Assembly: GCA_965215005.1 (NCBI GenBank)
Contig: CBDCCZ010000005.1
Coordinates: 1-64,000 of the forward strand
Reading direction: 5' to 3'
From: Kofleriaceae bacterium
Lineage (GTDB): Bacteria; Myxococcota_A; Polyangia; Haliangiales; Haliangiaceae
DNA: 64,000 bases
Numbering within the stretch: the first letter of the stretch is position 1; each line of letters starts with the position of its first letter. Made by a program: the position numbers and the translations under genes. The notes under the pieces were generated by a model. The model was not told the origin of the DNA, made no database searches, and saw only the letters and a list, made by a program, of their open reading frames with translations. This document shows positions 41,388 through 51,344 of the stretch, piece by piece.

Positions 41388-42545
41388 GTGCACGATACGG
41401 ATCGATACCGGCGTCAGGAACTCTTGCTCCGGCCGACAGCACCGTCTTCGGCCAGGCGTGATGGAGCGCAACGCTTCCGCCGCGCGAAGGCCAGCGCGCC
41501 GCCTCCTCTCGAGACCGAGCGGATGGAACGGATGCCGTTTGAGGAGCTGTTTCCCGACGAGGCTCCTGCGCCTGCTGCCACTCGACTCACCTCTACCTCT
41601 ATCGCGCTCACCACCCAGCGCATCCCTCGCGCCGTCAGCGCCGAGCGCCTCTCCGGTCGTTCCGCTTCACTGCCCGTAGCCGCAATGCCGCCGCCCTCGA
41701 GCTGGGGCCGCGTGGTGACCGTGTCCCTCGTCGATAGCGCTTGGTCTCCTACCCACATTGGCCCACGCCCGACCCAGCTCGCTCACGAGAAGCGGGCATT
41801 TGGAAATCTGCTCGCTCTCTTGCAGCAACCGCACGTGGTGCTGGCAACGCTGGCGTTAATCTTTGTGGCGTTACTCGCGGCTCACGCACTCGCCCCTGCT
41901 TCCAAGTCACACGCTCGAGCGACGGCTCTCGCGCCGCCCGCTGAGCACGCCGGATTGGCCGTAAGCAAGGCTGCGTCAGCCTCACCTCCCCCCACGCCAG
42001 CCACCACGACCTCGCAGCTCACCGTCACCAGCGTCCCTCCCGGCGCCGAGGTTTTCGTTCTGCGCAATAGTCGACCCGAGCGTCTCGGTCCGGCGCCGCT
42101 TCGCACCCAACTGCCGCCCGGCAGCTATGAGCTCCTTGCGAGCCACAAAGGCTTCACTGCCATCGTTCGGCCCATCACCGTCTCCCGCCAATCGAGTGCC
42201 GTCCACCTGGAGCTACAGCCTAAGACAGCTCCCCGCGCTCTAAGTCCTGCTATCGCCGACGCCGCTCCGCTCGCCGACGCCGCTCCCCGGCCCCGGCCCG
42301 CGGCTCCTGCGCCGCCGGGCATCCTGATGGTTCACACCAAACCACCCTGCCGCATCTTTCTTGACGGCCGCGATAGCTCACTCACGACACCCCAACGCGA
42401 CATCGAGCTCTCCGCGGGCCCTCATCGCATTCTCCTCATCAATGAGGAATACGGCATACGCCATCAGGCAACCGTTCGCATAGCTTCCGGCCAGTCTATC
42501 AAGCTCATTCGCGACTTCAGCGAAACACTGACCTCGCCGCAATAG
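41388..42545 (+). CDS. Membrane-anchored PEGA-domain protein
   Basis: One TM segment, then LTVTSVPPGAEVF and MVHTKPPCRIFLDG...GPHRI.L.N PEGA-like repeats. Confidence 0.75.
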   Translation: MHDTDRYRRQELLLRPTAPSSARRDGAQRFRRAKASAPPPLETERMERMPFEELFPDEAPAPAATRLTSTSIALTTQRIPRAVSAERLSGRSASLPVAAMPPPSSWGRVVTVSLVDSAWSPTHIGPRPTQLAHEKRAFGNLLALLQQPHVVLATLALIFVALLAAHALAPASKSHARATALAPPAEHAGLAVSKAASASPPPTPATTTSQLTVTSVPPGAEVFVLRNSRPERLGPAPLRTQLPPGSYELLASHKGFTAIVRPITVSRQSSAVHLELQPKTAPRALSPAIADAAPLADAAPRPRPAAPAPPGILMVHTKPPCRIFLDGRDSSLTTPQRDIELSAGPHRILLINEEYGIRHQATVRIASGQSIKLIRDFSETLTSPQ

Positions 42546-42633
42546 TGCTCACTTGACGCTCTCACATTAGCGATCGCGGCCAGTCAGGTAGTTGCGGTGC
42601 CCGATGCCGCCCCTGACTCACGCTCGAGCGGAG

Positions 42634-43158
42634 CTAACGCCCGAGTGCGACTGTCGCCAACACCTTGTCTTCCACACCCGAGACCGCAAATTCGACCTCG
42701 CTGAGCGACCCGCGCTCAACCACGGCTAACGCACCGGGCGTGCTATCTGCATAGAACGGCTCGATCCCGCTCCATTCCACGGTAAAGCGGCCTGTGGTTC
42801 CTTCGATGCCCCAGCTAGTGGCCGACAACGCGTTCGTTTGCGCATCGAGGATCGTGAACACCACGACCTGTCCCTCCCAATCGATCGCGCGCAGCCCCGT
42901 GATACCCGCCGACGACGCAAATTGAGCCCACGCCTCCTCATCGGTGATCGTTCCCACGTGAAACGCCTTTCCCGGATCGTTATCCACCGCGATCGTCTCG
43001 TGTGCAGGCAGTTGCGCCACGCCTTCCAGCGCGATCAGCCCATCCCACTGCTGCACCGTGCGATCGCCCAAGGCGTCATCACCCTGCCCGTCGACACCCG
43101 ACGTCGATCCGCAGCCCGCTACCAGCACCATCAGCACTGCAATAAACCCTCGCGACAT
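42634..43158 (-). CDS. Hypothetical lipoprotein
   Basis: Lipobox VAGC; AGGAGG RBS. Confidence 0.7.
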   Translation of the reverse strand: MSRGFIAVLMVLVAGCGSTSGVDGQGDDALGDRTVQQWDGLIALEGVAQLPAHETIAVDNDPGKAFHVGTITDEEAWAQFASSAGITGLRAIDWEGQVVVFTILDAQTNALSATSWGIEGTTGRFTVEWSGIEPFYADSTPGALAVVERGSLSEVEFAVSGVEDKVLATVALGR

Positions 43159-43168
43159 GCCTGCCTCC

Positions 43169-43903
43169 TTAGCGTTTGAGCCGCAACGCTACGATATCTA
43201 GAAAGCTCTTGGCGCCCGCCCACCGCGACACCTTGCTCTCCTCGACGTGTCGCCATACCACCGGCACCTCGGCGATTCGATAGCGGCCTCGAGCGAGCAT
43301 CAGTACTTCAACGTCGAAGGCGAACCCGTCCACTTGGCTGCGCCCGAAAAGGTCTTGCGCCGCCGTGCGCGTGAAGAGCTTGAACCCGCACTGGGTATCG
43401 CGCACGCCATCCAGTGCGACCGCGCGCACGAAGACATTGAAGCCGCGGCCGACCAGCTCGCGCAGCGGATGTTGCCGCACGCGGATATCGGCACCGGAAA
43501 TCGCCCGCGAGGCAATCGCGATATCGAAGCCTTGCTCGAGCTTCGCGCTGAGCTTGCTGAGCTCTTGAATCGGCGTGGCCGAGTCCGCATCGGTGAACAA
43601 GACCTGCGCTCCTCGAGCGGCCAGCATGCCGGTTCGAACCGCCGCACCCTTGCCGCGATTTTCACCGAGTGAAATGACTCGCATCAAGTCAGCTCGCCCC
43701 GCCGCGTGTCGGCGAGCCACCTCGGTCGTGCGGTCCGTAGAGCCATCGTCCACCACGATAATCTCCGTGCCCGGCCACACTCGATCGCAGTACTCGATTA
43801 TCTGCGCCAACGTGCTGCCAAGCCGCGGCTCCTCGTTGTACGCCGGAATCACCACCGACAATGCAGGCGTAGCCCCAGAAGATGCAATTGACTCCTTCGT
43901 CAT
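43169..43903 (-). CDS. GT2 polyprenol-phosphate glycosyltransferase (dolichyl-phosphate beta-glucosyltransferase-like)
   Basis: VVIPAYNE, VDDGSTD, NRGKGAAV, FTDAD, DTQCGFKLF, FAFDVE. Confidence 0.92.
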   Translation of the reverse strand: MTKESIASSGATPALSVVIPAYNEEPRLGSTLAQIIEYCDRVWPGTEIIVVDDGSTDRTTEVARRHAAGRADLMRVISLGENRGKGAAVRTGMLAARGAQVLFTDADSATPIQELSKLSAKLEQGFDIAIASRAISGADIRVRQHPLRELVGRGFNVFVRAVALDGVRDTQCGFKLFTRTAAQDLFGRSQVDGFAFDVEVLMLARGRYRIAEVPVVWRHVEESKVSRWAGAKSFLDIVALRLKR

Positions 43904-43975
43904 CCGCGCGGGAGTATATCCGCACTATCCAAGCCCGCGGCGCGCGTGGCAGCACGCCGCGGTGTGCGCCTCGAG

Positions 43976-44329
43976 CTACGCCCGTGCCGCCGGCGGATTC
44001 TCGGGCGCCGTCTCGCCGGCCATCGGATGGCCGCTCAGCTTCCACTCCTCCGCTCCTCCCAGCAGAACGCGCGTATTCTCGTAACCGCGGTCGCGCAGCT
44101 CGGCGGCGCGGCGCTCTGCATCGTCGTCTGCGCTCCTGCAGTAAAAGACAATCTCGTCTTGCTTGGACATGCTAGCCAGCCGCGCTGCTAGCTGCGAGTA
44201 GGGAATGGCTCCATCGAGCAGAACCTCACCGCACTTACTGTCGTCTTCGTACGCGCAGACGAGCACTGCTTGCCCCTGCTGGCTCTTTTCCCGTGCCTGG
44301 GTGGCGTCGATAGTCGTTGGCTTGCTCAT
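43976..44329 (-). CDS. Single-domain rhodanese-like protein
   Basis: EIVFYC, A.ELRDRGY.N..VL.GG..EW; AAAGGAG RBS. Confidence 0.85.
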   Translation of the reverse strand: MSKPTTIDATQAREKSQQGQAVLVCAYEDDSKCGEVLLDGAIPYSQLAARLASMSKQDEIVFYCRSADDDAERRAAELRDRGYENTRVLLGGAEEWKLSGHPMAGETAPENPPAARA

Positions 44330-44357
44330 AGTCTCTCCTTTCGGAGATGCAGGGATG

Positions 44358-44373
44358 AGCAAGAGCCGTGCCC
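44358..44373 (-). promoter_or_regulatory. Sigma-54 promoter of the rhodanese gene
   Basis: The minus strand reads GGGCACGGCTCTTGCT (GG-N10-GC, TTGCT), correctly placed ahead of the RBS. Confidence 0.7.
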
Positions 44374-44459
44374 TTACCTACCGAATGGCAGTCACGTACA
44401 TCGTTCCGCGCGGCGCGTTCGCCCTGCACGCCACGCCGCCGCGAAAATCGTTCGCGATA

Positions 44460-44493
44460 CTCATGGCTCACGACTCAGGTCATGAGCCATGAG
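44460..44493. repeat. 15-bp inverted repeat (terminator or activator-binding site)
   Basis: CTCATGGCTCACGAC-TCAG-GTCATGAGCCATGAG, one mismatch. Confidence 0.7.
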
Positions 44494-44733
44494 CTCCTCA
44501 CGCTCGTACTCCAGTGTCTCCTCATCGTCGAAATCGTAGGCGGATTCTGGATAGCAGCGGTGACCATTGATGATGTCGAGCGCTGGGCCGCCGGCATCGC
44601 TGGCTTCGAGGTCTCGTGGCGGCAAGGTTTCCGACTCTGCCGCGTCGACCTCGGCCGCCGGCATGGTGACCAACGTGTCAAGGTCGTCGAAGATAGCCAC
44701 CCCAGCGGCGGCAATGTCGCGCAGTTTGATCAC
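44461..44733 (-). CDS. Small acidic hypothetical protein
   Basis: 90-aa ORF with host-like codon use on the same strand as its neighbours; no recognisable motif. Confidence 0.4.
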   Translation of the reverse strand: MIKLRDIAAAGVAIFDDLDTLVTMPAAEVDAAESETLPPRDLEASDAGGPALDIINGHRCYPESAYDFDDEETLEYEREELMAHDLSREP

Positions 44734-44850
44734 GGCTCGTTCGAGAAACGGTGCTAACCCGTGACCTAGAGATACCTTGAACCTCAGAGGGTGTGGCTGG
44801 CGATCTTCGGCATAACGCGGCAGTTTGAGTCAAACGCGGCCCTGACAGCC

Positions 44851-46899
44851 TTAGAACGGCGGAACTCGATCGACGTGCCGCAGCACCTCGAGCCGTCGCA
44901 GCAATGCGGCGAGCAGGGTTGGCTTTTTCGCGGCGATGTTCTTCTTCTCCTGCGGATCCCGCTTCAGGTCGTATAGCTCGACGTGCTCCCCCTCCTCATC
45001 GCGGATCAGCTTGAAGCTGCCCCGCACCAGCGCGTAACGATTCGCCGGTACCGAGCGGTCGGCAACCATGACCGAGTAGGCCTCCCCCGCGGCGTCCTCC
45101 CGCTCAACCTCCCCGGTGATCACCGGCCACAGCGAGCGACTGTCCATCTGCGGCCACGCCGGCGGTACCAATCCCACCGCATCGAGCATCGTCGCCGCGA
45201 GATCGACGAGTCCCACCGGAGCCGTCAGTCGCTGCGCGGGCACCTCGGGCCCCACGACCACCAGCGGCACGCGAATTTGCGAGTCGTAGAGAGCGGTCGA
45301 GTGATACGGAAATCCGCGATGTCCAAGGGCTTCGCCGTGATCGGAAGTCACGAAGATCAGCGTATCTCGCTTGCGCTCGTCGGTGCGCAGGACAGTCATC
45401 AGCGTCGCGAGAATGGCATCGGCCTCGTGCAAGCTCATGTCATAGCGAGGGCCGGGCTCTCGGCCGTGTTCTTTGGCCGGATACTTGGCCTCCCAAAGAT
45501 GCGGCTCGATGAAGTGCAGCCACATGAACAACGGCTCTCGCGTGGCCTTCGCCTGCTGTCGATACCTGGCTTCGAGCCAGCGCGCGGCACGCTTGGCCAG
45601 CTCATGGCCGTCGTACTCGAGCACTAAATAATCGATGCCACGGGTGAGCCCGAGCTGCCGCTGTGGCCCAAAGAGGGTCTCACAACAGAGGAATCCGGCG
45701 GTCTGATAACCAGCCGCGCGAAACCGCTCAGCCAGGGTGATATGACGCGGGTCGAGCCGCAGCGACCAGCCAGCAACGCGTCCACGAACACGATTTGGAT
45801 GGAGCCCGAGCACCAATGAGGTAAGCGAGCGCCGGGTGACGTTGCCGGGGGCCAGCGCACGCTCGAACACCGTGCCAGCGCGGCCGAGCGAGCCCAGCGT
45901 GGGCATCGCTGCGGGTCCGCCATAAACGGGCGTTCGCTCCGCTCCCATCGTGTCGATCGTGATCAACACGACGTCGTAACGGGGCGCATCGCGTCGCTCT
46001 GCAGGAGCGATTTCTTCGAGCCGCAGCTCACCGCGCAACGTTTGAATGTCGTGCACGAGCTCGATGGCGTCGGCGGTCAGCTTGGTGCTACCCCACAGCT
46101 CGAGCAGCGAAAACGGCCGCTGATAGCGAATGTATGCAGCGGCCAACATCGCGGCAATCACCGACGCGGCCGCCACCGCGCCGGCTGCGCGATGCACTCC
46201 ACGGCGCCGCAGCATCCTCCAGAGCGGGTGCATCAACGCCACGAGTAAAGCGAGGGCCAGGCCAACGTAGAGGCGGTCGAGCGCAATATGGCCGATGCGC
46301 GGCGCGATATGCATCCGCCATCCGGCCCAAGCGATGCCAATGACAACGACGAACGCGGCAGCGACGACTGCAGCTGGTGGTAGGAGTGTACGTCCGAGGC
46401 TGCGATGGATCGCTTGGTCGATACGCCGCACGCCGCTCGCGGCGAAGCGAACGGCGGGCGCCGACACTGCCATCAGCACCAGTGCCACGGCCAAAACCAC
46501 CAGCGCCGCGCCAATGGCAATCACGTCCGTCGCTTTGGTGCGAGCACTCAGCTGACGCACCGTCTGAAAGCAGACGAGGTAGATCGATGCGCTAGCGATC
46601 GCTGCGTAGAGTAGCCACGCGACCAGGCGGGGCGCGCCACCGGTTGCCTCGAGAACCGCTACTCGTAAGCGAGCCGGCTGCCAAGCAAGCCACAATGCAC
46701 GCACCGAGAGCGCGATGACGAGCGCTGTCGGCGCCGCCACCATCGCCAGATACCCGCCCGACGCCAAGACAGCGGGCAGCGACCCTGCGCGGGGAGCGGC
46801 CTCGGCGATTCCAACGATGACGGATGCAACACCAGCGGCGACTACGCTAGGAGCGAGCCACGCTATGCCGCGGGTTACGTGCCGGCGCAACGCAGACAT
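44851..46899 (-). CDS. Membrane protein with C-terminal alkaline-phosphatase/sulfatase-superfamily domain
   Basis: Multiple TM helices, then LITIDT, NVTRRSL, WLHFIEPH, TSDHGE, VPLVV, ELYDL..DP.E. Confidence 0.85.
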   Translation of the reverse strand: MSALRRHVTRGIAWLAPSVVAAGVASVIVGIAEAAPRAGSLPAVLASGGYLAMVAAPTALVIALSVRALWLAWQPARLRVAVLEATGGAPRLVAWLLYAAIASASIYLVCFQTVRQLSARTKATDVIAIGAALVVLAVALVLMAVSAPAVRFAASGVRRIDQAIHRSLGRTLLPPAAVVAAAFVVVIGIAWAGWRMHIAPRIGHIALDRLYVGLALALLVALMHPLWRMLRRRGVHRAAGAVAAASVIAAMLAAAYIRYQRPFSLLELWGSTKLTADAIELVHDIQTLRGELRLEEIAPAERRDAPRYDVVLITIDTMGAERTPVYGGPAAMPTLGSLGRAGTVFERALAPGNVTRRSLTSLVLGLHPNRVRGRVAGWSLRLDPRHITLAERFRAAGYQTAGFLCCETLFGPQRQLGLTRGIDYLVLEYDGHELAKRAARWLEARYRQQAKATREPLFMWLHFIEPHLWEAKYPAKEHGREPGPRYDMSLHEADAILATLMTVLRTDERKRDTLIFVTSDHGEALGHRGFPYHSTALYDSQIRVPLVVVGPEVPAQRLTAPVGLVDLAATMLDAVGLVPPAWPQMDSRSLWPVITGEVEREDAAGEAYSVMVADRSVPANRYALVRGSFKLIRDEEGEHVELYDLKRDPQEKKNIAAKKPTLLAALLRRLEVLRHVDRVPPF

Positions 46900-47021
46900 G
46901 GCCTCTAAGGATGACTCACTTGCGAGGACGCCGCAGCCACTGCACGGCGAGCGCTGCTGTCGTAACCAAACACATGAAAACGCGGTGGGATTGGCAGTTG
47001 TGCCTCAGGCGGCTACGCAGA

Positions 47022-49076
47022 TCAAGGGAGCGGCGAGTCTGTAGGCGCGATGGGCGGAAATCCCACCCACAAAGAGCCGACGGCAACGCCTACTTGGGCG
47101 GTGGCGGGCGGTGGCGGTGCAAACGCGGGTCTGCTGTGTGGGTGCAGGTCGGCGCGGATCGTCAAGACGTTCGTTCCCACCTGCACGACCTTTTCCGGCA
47201 CGTCGAAGGTGACGTCGGTCCAACCCGCCGCAAGGTCGCGGCGTGCGAGCACGACGTCGTTTAGCGCGATTTCAATGGGGAAAGGCTCACGGACTGAGCG
47301 ATCGGTACCGAGGCGTATGGTCATTCGATGCGCCTCGGGGAGTAGGATCGGCACCAGGGCGTGCGCCGCCGATGCGGTGGTCCAGCGATAGCTCTGCGAG
47401 CCAGATTCCTGGCGCTGTGGCGGGCCAAAGCCTGCCACGAGATATGGCTCGAGACGACCGCTCGACAGGTTCCACTCGGGGCGAAACGAGCGGTACTTGC
47501 CGCTGTTGTAGTCGTACCAAGCGGGGAGCAGCACGTAGTCGCCCACAACGACATCCCAGCGGCGCAAATCGACGCCATGACGCCAAGCAAACAGCAAACT
47601 CGCCGGCATCGCGAAGGGATTGCCGATGCGATCGTAGACGGGTTGCGCGACTGTGCGCAGCGCCACCGGCAGTCCCGAGCAGCAAGAGGGGCCGGCGGGG
47701 CGGCCCGCCGCGCGACCGTGTCGCAGGTGCGAGACCTGCGAGAGATTCCAAACCACGAACCACCCGAGAATCATCAGCGCCAGCGCATGCCGAGCCCAGC
47801 GAGGGATGCCGAACGCGGTCGCGCCCACTGCGGCGGCGCGCAATAGCGCGGCCAGACCCACCACCAAAATCACGGTCACCGAGGCCATTCGCCGCTGGCC
47901 GAAGGAAGCCGACGCCCACCAATCCAGCACCGAGGCGTTGATCCAAACCTGCATCGCCAGGGCGAGAAACAGCCCCAGCGCGATAACGCGCGCAGGCCTT
48001 GGCACCAGCGCCAGACCGACTAAGCCCAGGTATGCGAGCGGATGCGTCGACAGCCAGCCATTGCGCGAGGCAAACAAGAGCTCGGGGATGAGTGGATGCG
48101 TCAAGCGCACGTAGCGCGGCCCGTTGGGCGAGGTGAGCCACTCGCCATACACCAGCTTCCAAGCGATGAGCTGGGGCGTGAACACCACGAGCGCGATTGC
48201 CAACACCAAAACCGCGCGCGCGAGCAGCGCCGCGGCTGCCGACCATTGTCTGCTTCTGGCGTGACGCGCGCCGAGATGGCAGACCTCCACCGCGACCACG
48301 ACGCCCATCGCCAGCTCTTGCACACGGATCAGCGTGCACACGCCCAAGAGGACTCCGAGCCATACGAATCGTCGCCAGCGCAGCTCGCCGTAGTGAAGAG
48401 CCCAATAGCCAAGAAAGGCGGCGCAGAAGAACGCGTCCATGGCGTGGCCGTAGCTCGGCATATAGGTGGCGTAGTAGGTGAGGGTCGTGCCGTAGAGGAT
48501 CGCTACGGCGGCGTAGATTGGCGGCCAACCGCCACCCACGCGACGCCGCGCCACCAGCGCGCCGAGCAGCACCGCGCCAAAGCCAAACAACACGCTCGTA
48601 GCGAACACGATGCGCTGATGGAGCATCGTGTAGCCGTGCGAGGCGATGTCGCCGCCCAGCGCATTGATCACTTTCGAGGCGCCATGGGCGAAAGCCAGTG
48701 GAAGCGTCCACACCAGCACCGGGCCGAACGGATGAGGAATGTCTTTGCGGCCAGTCGCAGTTCGTCGTTGATTCCAGGGATCGCCGAAGCGAGCCAGGTC
48801 GTTGTCGAACACCAGGTCGCCATCCAGCACGAACGAACGCGCCATGAGATAGGTCATATGGCCATCGCCGCGCGCGAGCACAGGCCGATACTTGCCATCG
48901 CCGCGTGGCGACTGCGGATCGCCGCCCCAGTCGGTGTTGCTCGCAAACATCCCAACGATGCCGAGCAAGGCAAGGGCGAGCACGGCGCGACGCGGCCGGC
49001 GACGGGTTTGAACAACCGCTCGACAGCGCTGCCACGCGCTACGCCACCGGGAGCTGCTATCGCCGTCAGTCGTCAT
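47022..49076 (-). CDS. Polytopic membrane protein, GT-C-like glycosyltransferase (start uncertain)
   Basis: Many TM helices, loop acidic motif RGDG..Y...DGDL.F.ND, YGQRR-like FGQRR, soluble C-terminal domain. Confidence 0.6.
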   Translation of the reverse strand: MTTDGDSSSRWRSAWQRCRAVVQTRRRPRRAVLALALLGIVGMFASNTDWGGDPQSPRGDGKYRPVLARGDGHMTYLMARSFVLDGDLVFDNDLARFGDPWNQRRTATGRKDIPHPFGPVLVWTLPLAFAHGASKVINALGGDIASHGYTMLHQRIVFATSVLFGFGAVLLGALVARRRVGGGWPPIYAAVAILYGTTLTYYATYMPSYGHAMDAFFCAAFLGYWALHYGELRWRRFVWLGVLLGVCTLIRVQELAMGVVVAVEVCHLGARHARSRQWSAAAALLARAVLVLAIALVVFTPQLIAWKLVYGEWLTSPNGPRYVRLTHPLIPELLFASRNGWLSTHPLAYLGLVGLALVPRPARVIALGLFLALAMQVWINASVLDWWASASFGQRRMASVTVILVVGLAALLRAAAVGATAFGIPRWARHALALMILGWFVVWNLSQVSHLRHGRAAGRPAGPSCCSGLPVALRTVAQPVYDRIGNPFAMPASLLFAWRHGVDLRRWDVVVGDYVLLPAWYDYNSGKYRSFRPEWNLSSGRLEPYLVAGFGPPQRQESGSQSYRWTTASAAHALVPILLPEAHRMTIRLGTDRSVREPFPIEIALNDVVLARRDLAAGWTDVTFDVPEKVVQVGTNVLTIRADLHPHSRPAFAPPPPATAQVGVAVGSLWVGFPPIAPTDSPLP

Positions 49077-49192
49077 CCGTGGGTTAGCAAAACACAGCCG
49101 CTGAGGCCTCGCCAATGGCCAAGCGAGCTCCTGCGGCTGATGGATGAGATCCGCGCCGAGCGTAGGTTTTCGCCTGGTGCAGGTTCATGCTC

Positions 49193-50605
49193 TCAGTTCT
49201 TGCTGCTGGGCTTATCGCGCGGCACCACGGGCTCTGCGTAGCCGAGAATCGTCTTTGCGCCGCTAGCCGCTGGCGCTACACGCGGCGGCAACGGCGCGTG
49301 CTGCAAGTGGGCGCGGGTTGACGCGGGGTCCGGCGAGCCGTCGGATGTTGCGTGTGGTGGCGGATACGCGGGCGATGCGTGCGGCGCAACGGACGCGGGC
49401 GCCGGATACACAGGCGAAGCGTGCGGCTGCGGATACACCTCGGACGACTGCGTGGGCGCTTGCGGCAGCGGATACGCGGGCGATGCATGCGGCTGCGGCG
49501 CGTACTGCAGCGCAGGCGCTGGCGCCGCGGCAGCGGGGGTCGCGACAGGCTCGCTGGTGAACGCCTCACGGGCTCTGGCGGTCAGTGCTTGAAACTTGTC
49601 GCTCACGCGAGCGAGTCGTTGATCCCACTCGGCGTTGATCGCTTGACCACGTACGGAGGCGTGAAACTTGGTCATCACCATGATCAAGAAGGTCGGCTTG
49701 ATGAAGGCAGCGCGAAAGCTGCGCGCAAACAAGAAGGCGATGACCAGCGCGATGATGAACGTCCACCCCGCGCCCGGGAAAGCGATGGCGACCAGATACG
49801 CCGGCACCAGCATGACGACCCACACTGCGACCGAGGCCACGGCGTCGAGCACGACCACCCACATGCTCGTCTTGAGCACCTCCTTGCAGTTCTGTGCATA
49901 GTAGACGATGCCGTCCTTGGAGCTGCGCCAAGGGTTGTCGTCGCCGCGCGCCAGGTTGTACGAAAAGATCGTCTCGTCGACATACGTGGTTGCCGCGTGC
50001 AGCGTGGCCTTCGCAAAGGATGCCACCGAGCTCAAGCCGGGAATCGGCACCAATCTCGTCACCCAATCCAAGGTGCGATTGAAGGCGCGCACCACCCCGT
50101 GAACAATGCCGCCCAAGGCCAAGAGCAGATTGACTTGACCGAACTGCTCGATGACTCGGCGCTTGCCATAGGAGAACATGTGCTCATCGCCGTTGCCCAC
50201 GTGCCCTTGCGTAATCAAGTCGGTTAGCACCGCGACGTGGCCGTACTTGATGAGAGCGAGCCCGTAGCGCAACACGACTGCCCAAAACCAGCCAGCGGGG
50301 CCGAGCATGACCGCGAGTAGAATCCACGCGGGCAGCGCGCCGGCGCGATTGGCAACCGCGACCGCGCCCCAAAGCGCCAGGATGGTCCAAACGATGAGCG
50401 CGATGCTGACGACCATCAGGATGGTGAAGCGAATCAGCGCGTAAGGCAGCGTCTTGAAGAGTAAGCTGATCGCCGAGCCGACTCCTGCCGACTGCACTGC
50501 CAGCGGGTAGCTGTGCCGAACCGCCGCGTCGGGATGGCTGTAAGAGGTATCGGGATGCGGAGCGCTGGCTTCGCTCACACCAAATAAGGTCGCCCAGGTG
50601 CTCAT
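49193..50605 (-). CDS. Membrane protein with Pro-rich repetitive C-terminal tail
   Basis: GAGGAG RBS; TM helices flank a conserved-looking K.GHVAV...YVDE.I...DG.V.Y.QN core. Confidence 0.75.
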   Translation of the reverse strand: MSTWATLFGVSEASAPHPDTSYSHPDAAVRHSYPLAVQSAGVGSAISLLFKTLPYALIRFTILMVVSIALIVWTILALWGAVAVANRAGALPAWILLAVMLGPAGWFWAVVLRYGLALIKYGHVAVLTDLITQGHVGNGDEHMFSYGKRRVIEQFGQVNLLLALGGIVHGVVRAFNRTLDWVTRLVPIPGLSSVASFAKATLHAATTYVDETIFSYNLARGDDNPWRSSKDGIVYYAQNCKEVLKTSMWVVVLDAVASVAVWVVMLVPAYLVAIAFPGAGWTFIIALVIAFLFARSFRAAFIKPTFLIMVMTKFHASVRGQAINAEWDQRLARVSDKFQALTARAREAFTSEPVATPAAAAPAPALQYAPQPHASPAYPLPQAPTQSSEVYPQPHASPVYPAPASVAPHASPAYPPPHATSDGSPDPASTRAHLQHAPLPPRVAPAASGAKTILGYAEPVVPRDKPSSKN

Positions 50606-50941
50606 GGGGCTCCTCACAGCAAGCGCCGCACCACCTAACGAGCTCGATAAAACACCCAGGGCTGGCCGCCACAGCGAAACGCAGAGCTCGCTTTCCTTCC
50701 CGAACAGCTGGCGCCCGTTGGCACAGCCAATAAGCCCGCTCCAGGTGCTCCGTGACAGCCCAGTAGCAGCCGAAGAGACAGTCTTTGGTTGGTGCACTGA
50801 TCGCAGCTGCAGCGCTACGACAACGGAGTCGTTCGGCGCGCGGCGACACAGATGCACTCGGTACAGTGTGACGGCCACAGGGTCGCTCGCCGCGCCCGAA
50901 GCCGCACGAGGTCCGGTGCAGCAGCGCCGCTCACGGTGGCG

Positions 50942-51298
50942 CTAGCAGCCGAGCGCCGCCGCCCACTCGGCCTCGCGAAACCCCACCAGCGCCACCTCGG
51001 GGCCAAGGACCAGAGGGCGCTTGATGAGCTTGCCGTCGGCCGCCAGCGCAGCGAGAGCCTGCTCATCGCTCAGCGCAGCGAGCTTGTCCTTCCAGCCGCC
51101 CTCACGATACGAGACCCCGGAGGTGTTGAACAGCTTCTTCACCGGCACCGCAGCCAGCTCGCGCACCTTCTTCAGGGTTAGCTTCGACGGCGGCTCGGCG
51201 ACGAGATCGACGGCGCGCACCTCGATATTGCGCGCCGCCAGCCACTGCATCGCTTTACGACACGTCGAACAATTCTTGTAGTGATACACGGTGAGCAT
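50942..51298 (-). CDS. ArsC/Spx (YffB-like) family protein
   Basis: YKNCSTCRKA, LFNTSG.SYRE, LIKRP, VGF. Confidence 0.9.
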   Translation of the reverse strand: MLTVYHYKNCSTCRKAMQWLAARNIEVRAVDLVAEPPSKLTLKKVRELAAVPVKKLFNTSGVSYREGGWKDKLAALSDEQALAALAADGKLIKRPLVLGPEVALVGFREAEWAAALGC

Positions 51299-51318
51299 AG
51301 CGGTCCTCCAACGCCAAG

Positions 51319-51343
51319 CGGTTCACGGCGAAAGCCGTGAACC
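51319..51343. repeat. Perfect hairpin next to the repeat's CTAG end (REP-like or terminator)
   Basis: GGTTCACGGC-GAAA-GCCGTGAACC. Confidence 0.75.
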
Positions 51344-51344
51344 A

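Noticed and set aside
49084..49115. TAGCAAAACA...CGCT...CGCC resembling the CTAG end of the dispersed repeat
   Set aside because: Only 10 contiguous matches; cannot be told from chance without a profile search.
50618..50633. Sigma-54-like box TGGTGCGGCGCTTGCT on the minus strand
   Set aside because: The implied start site falls between the RBS and the ATG, so the geometry is implausible.
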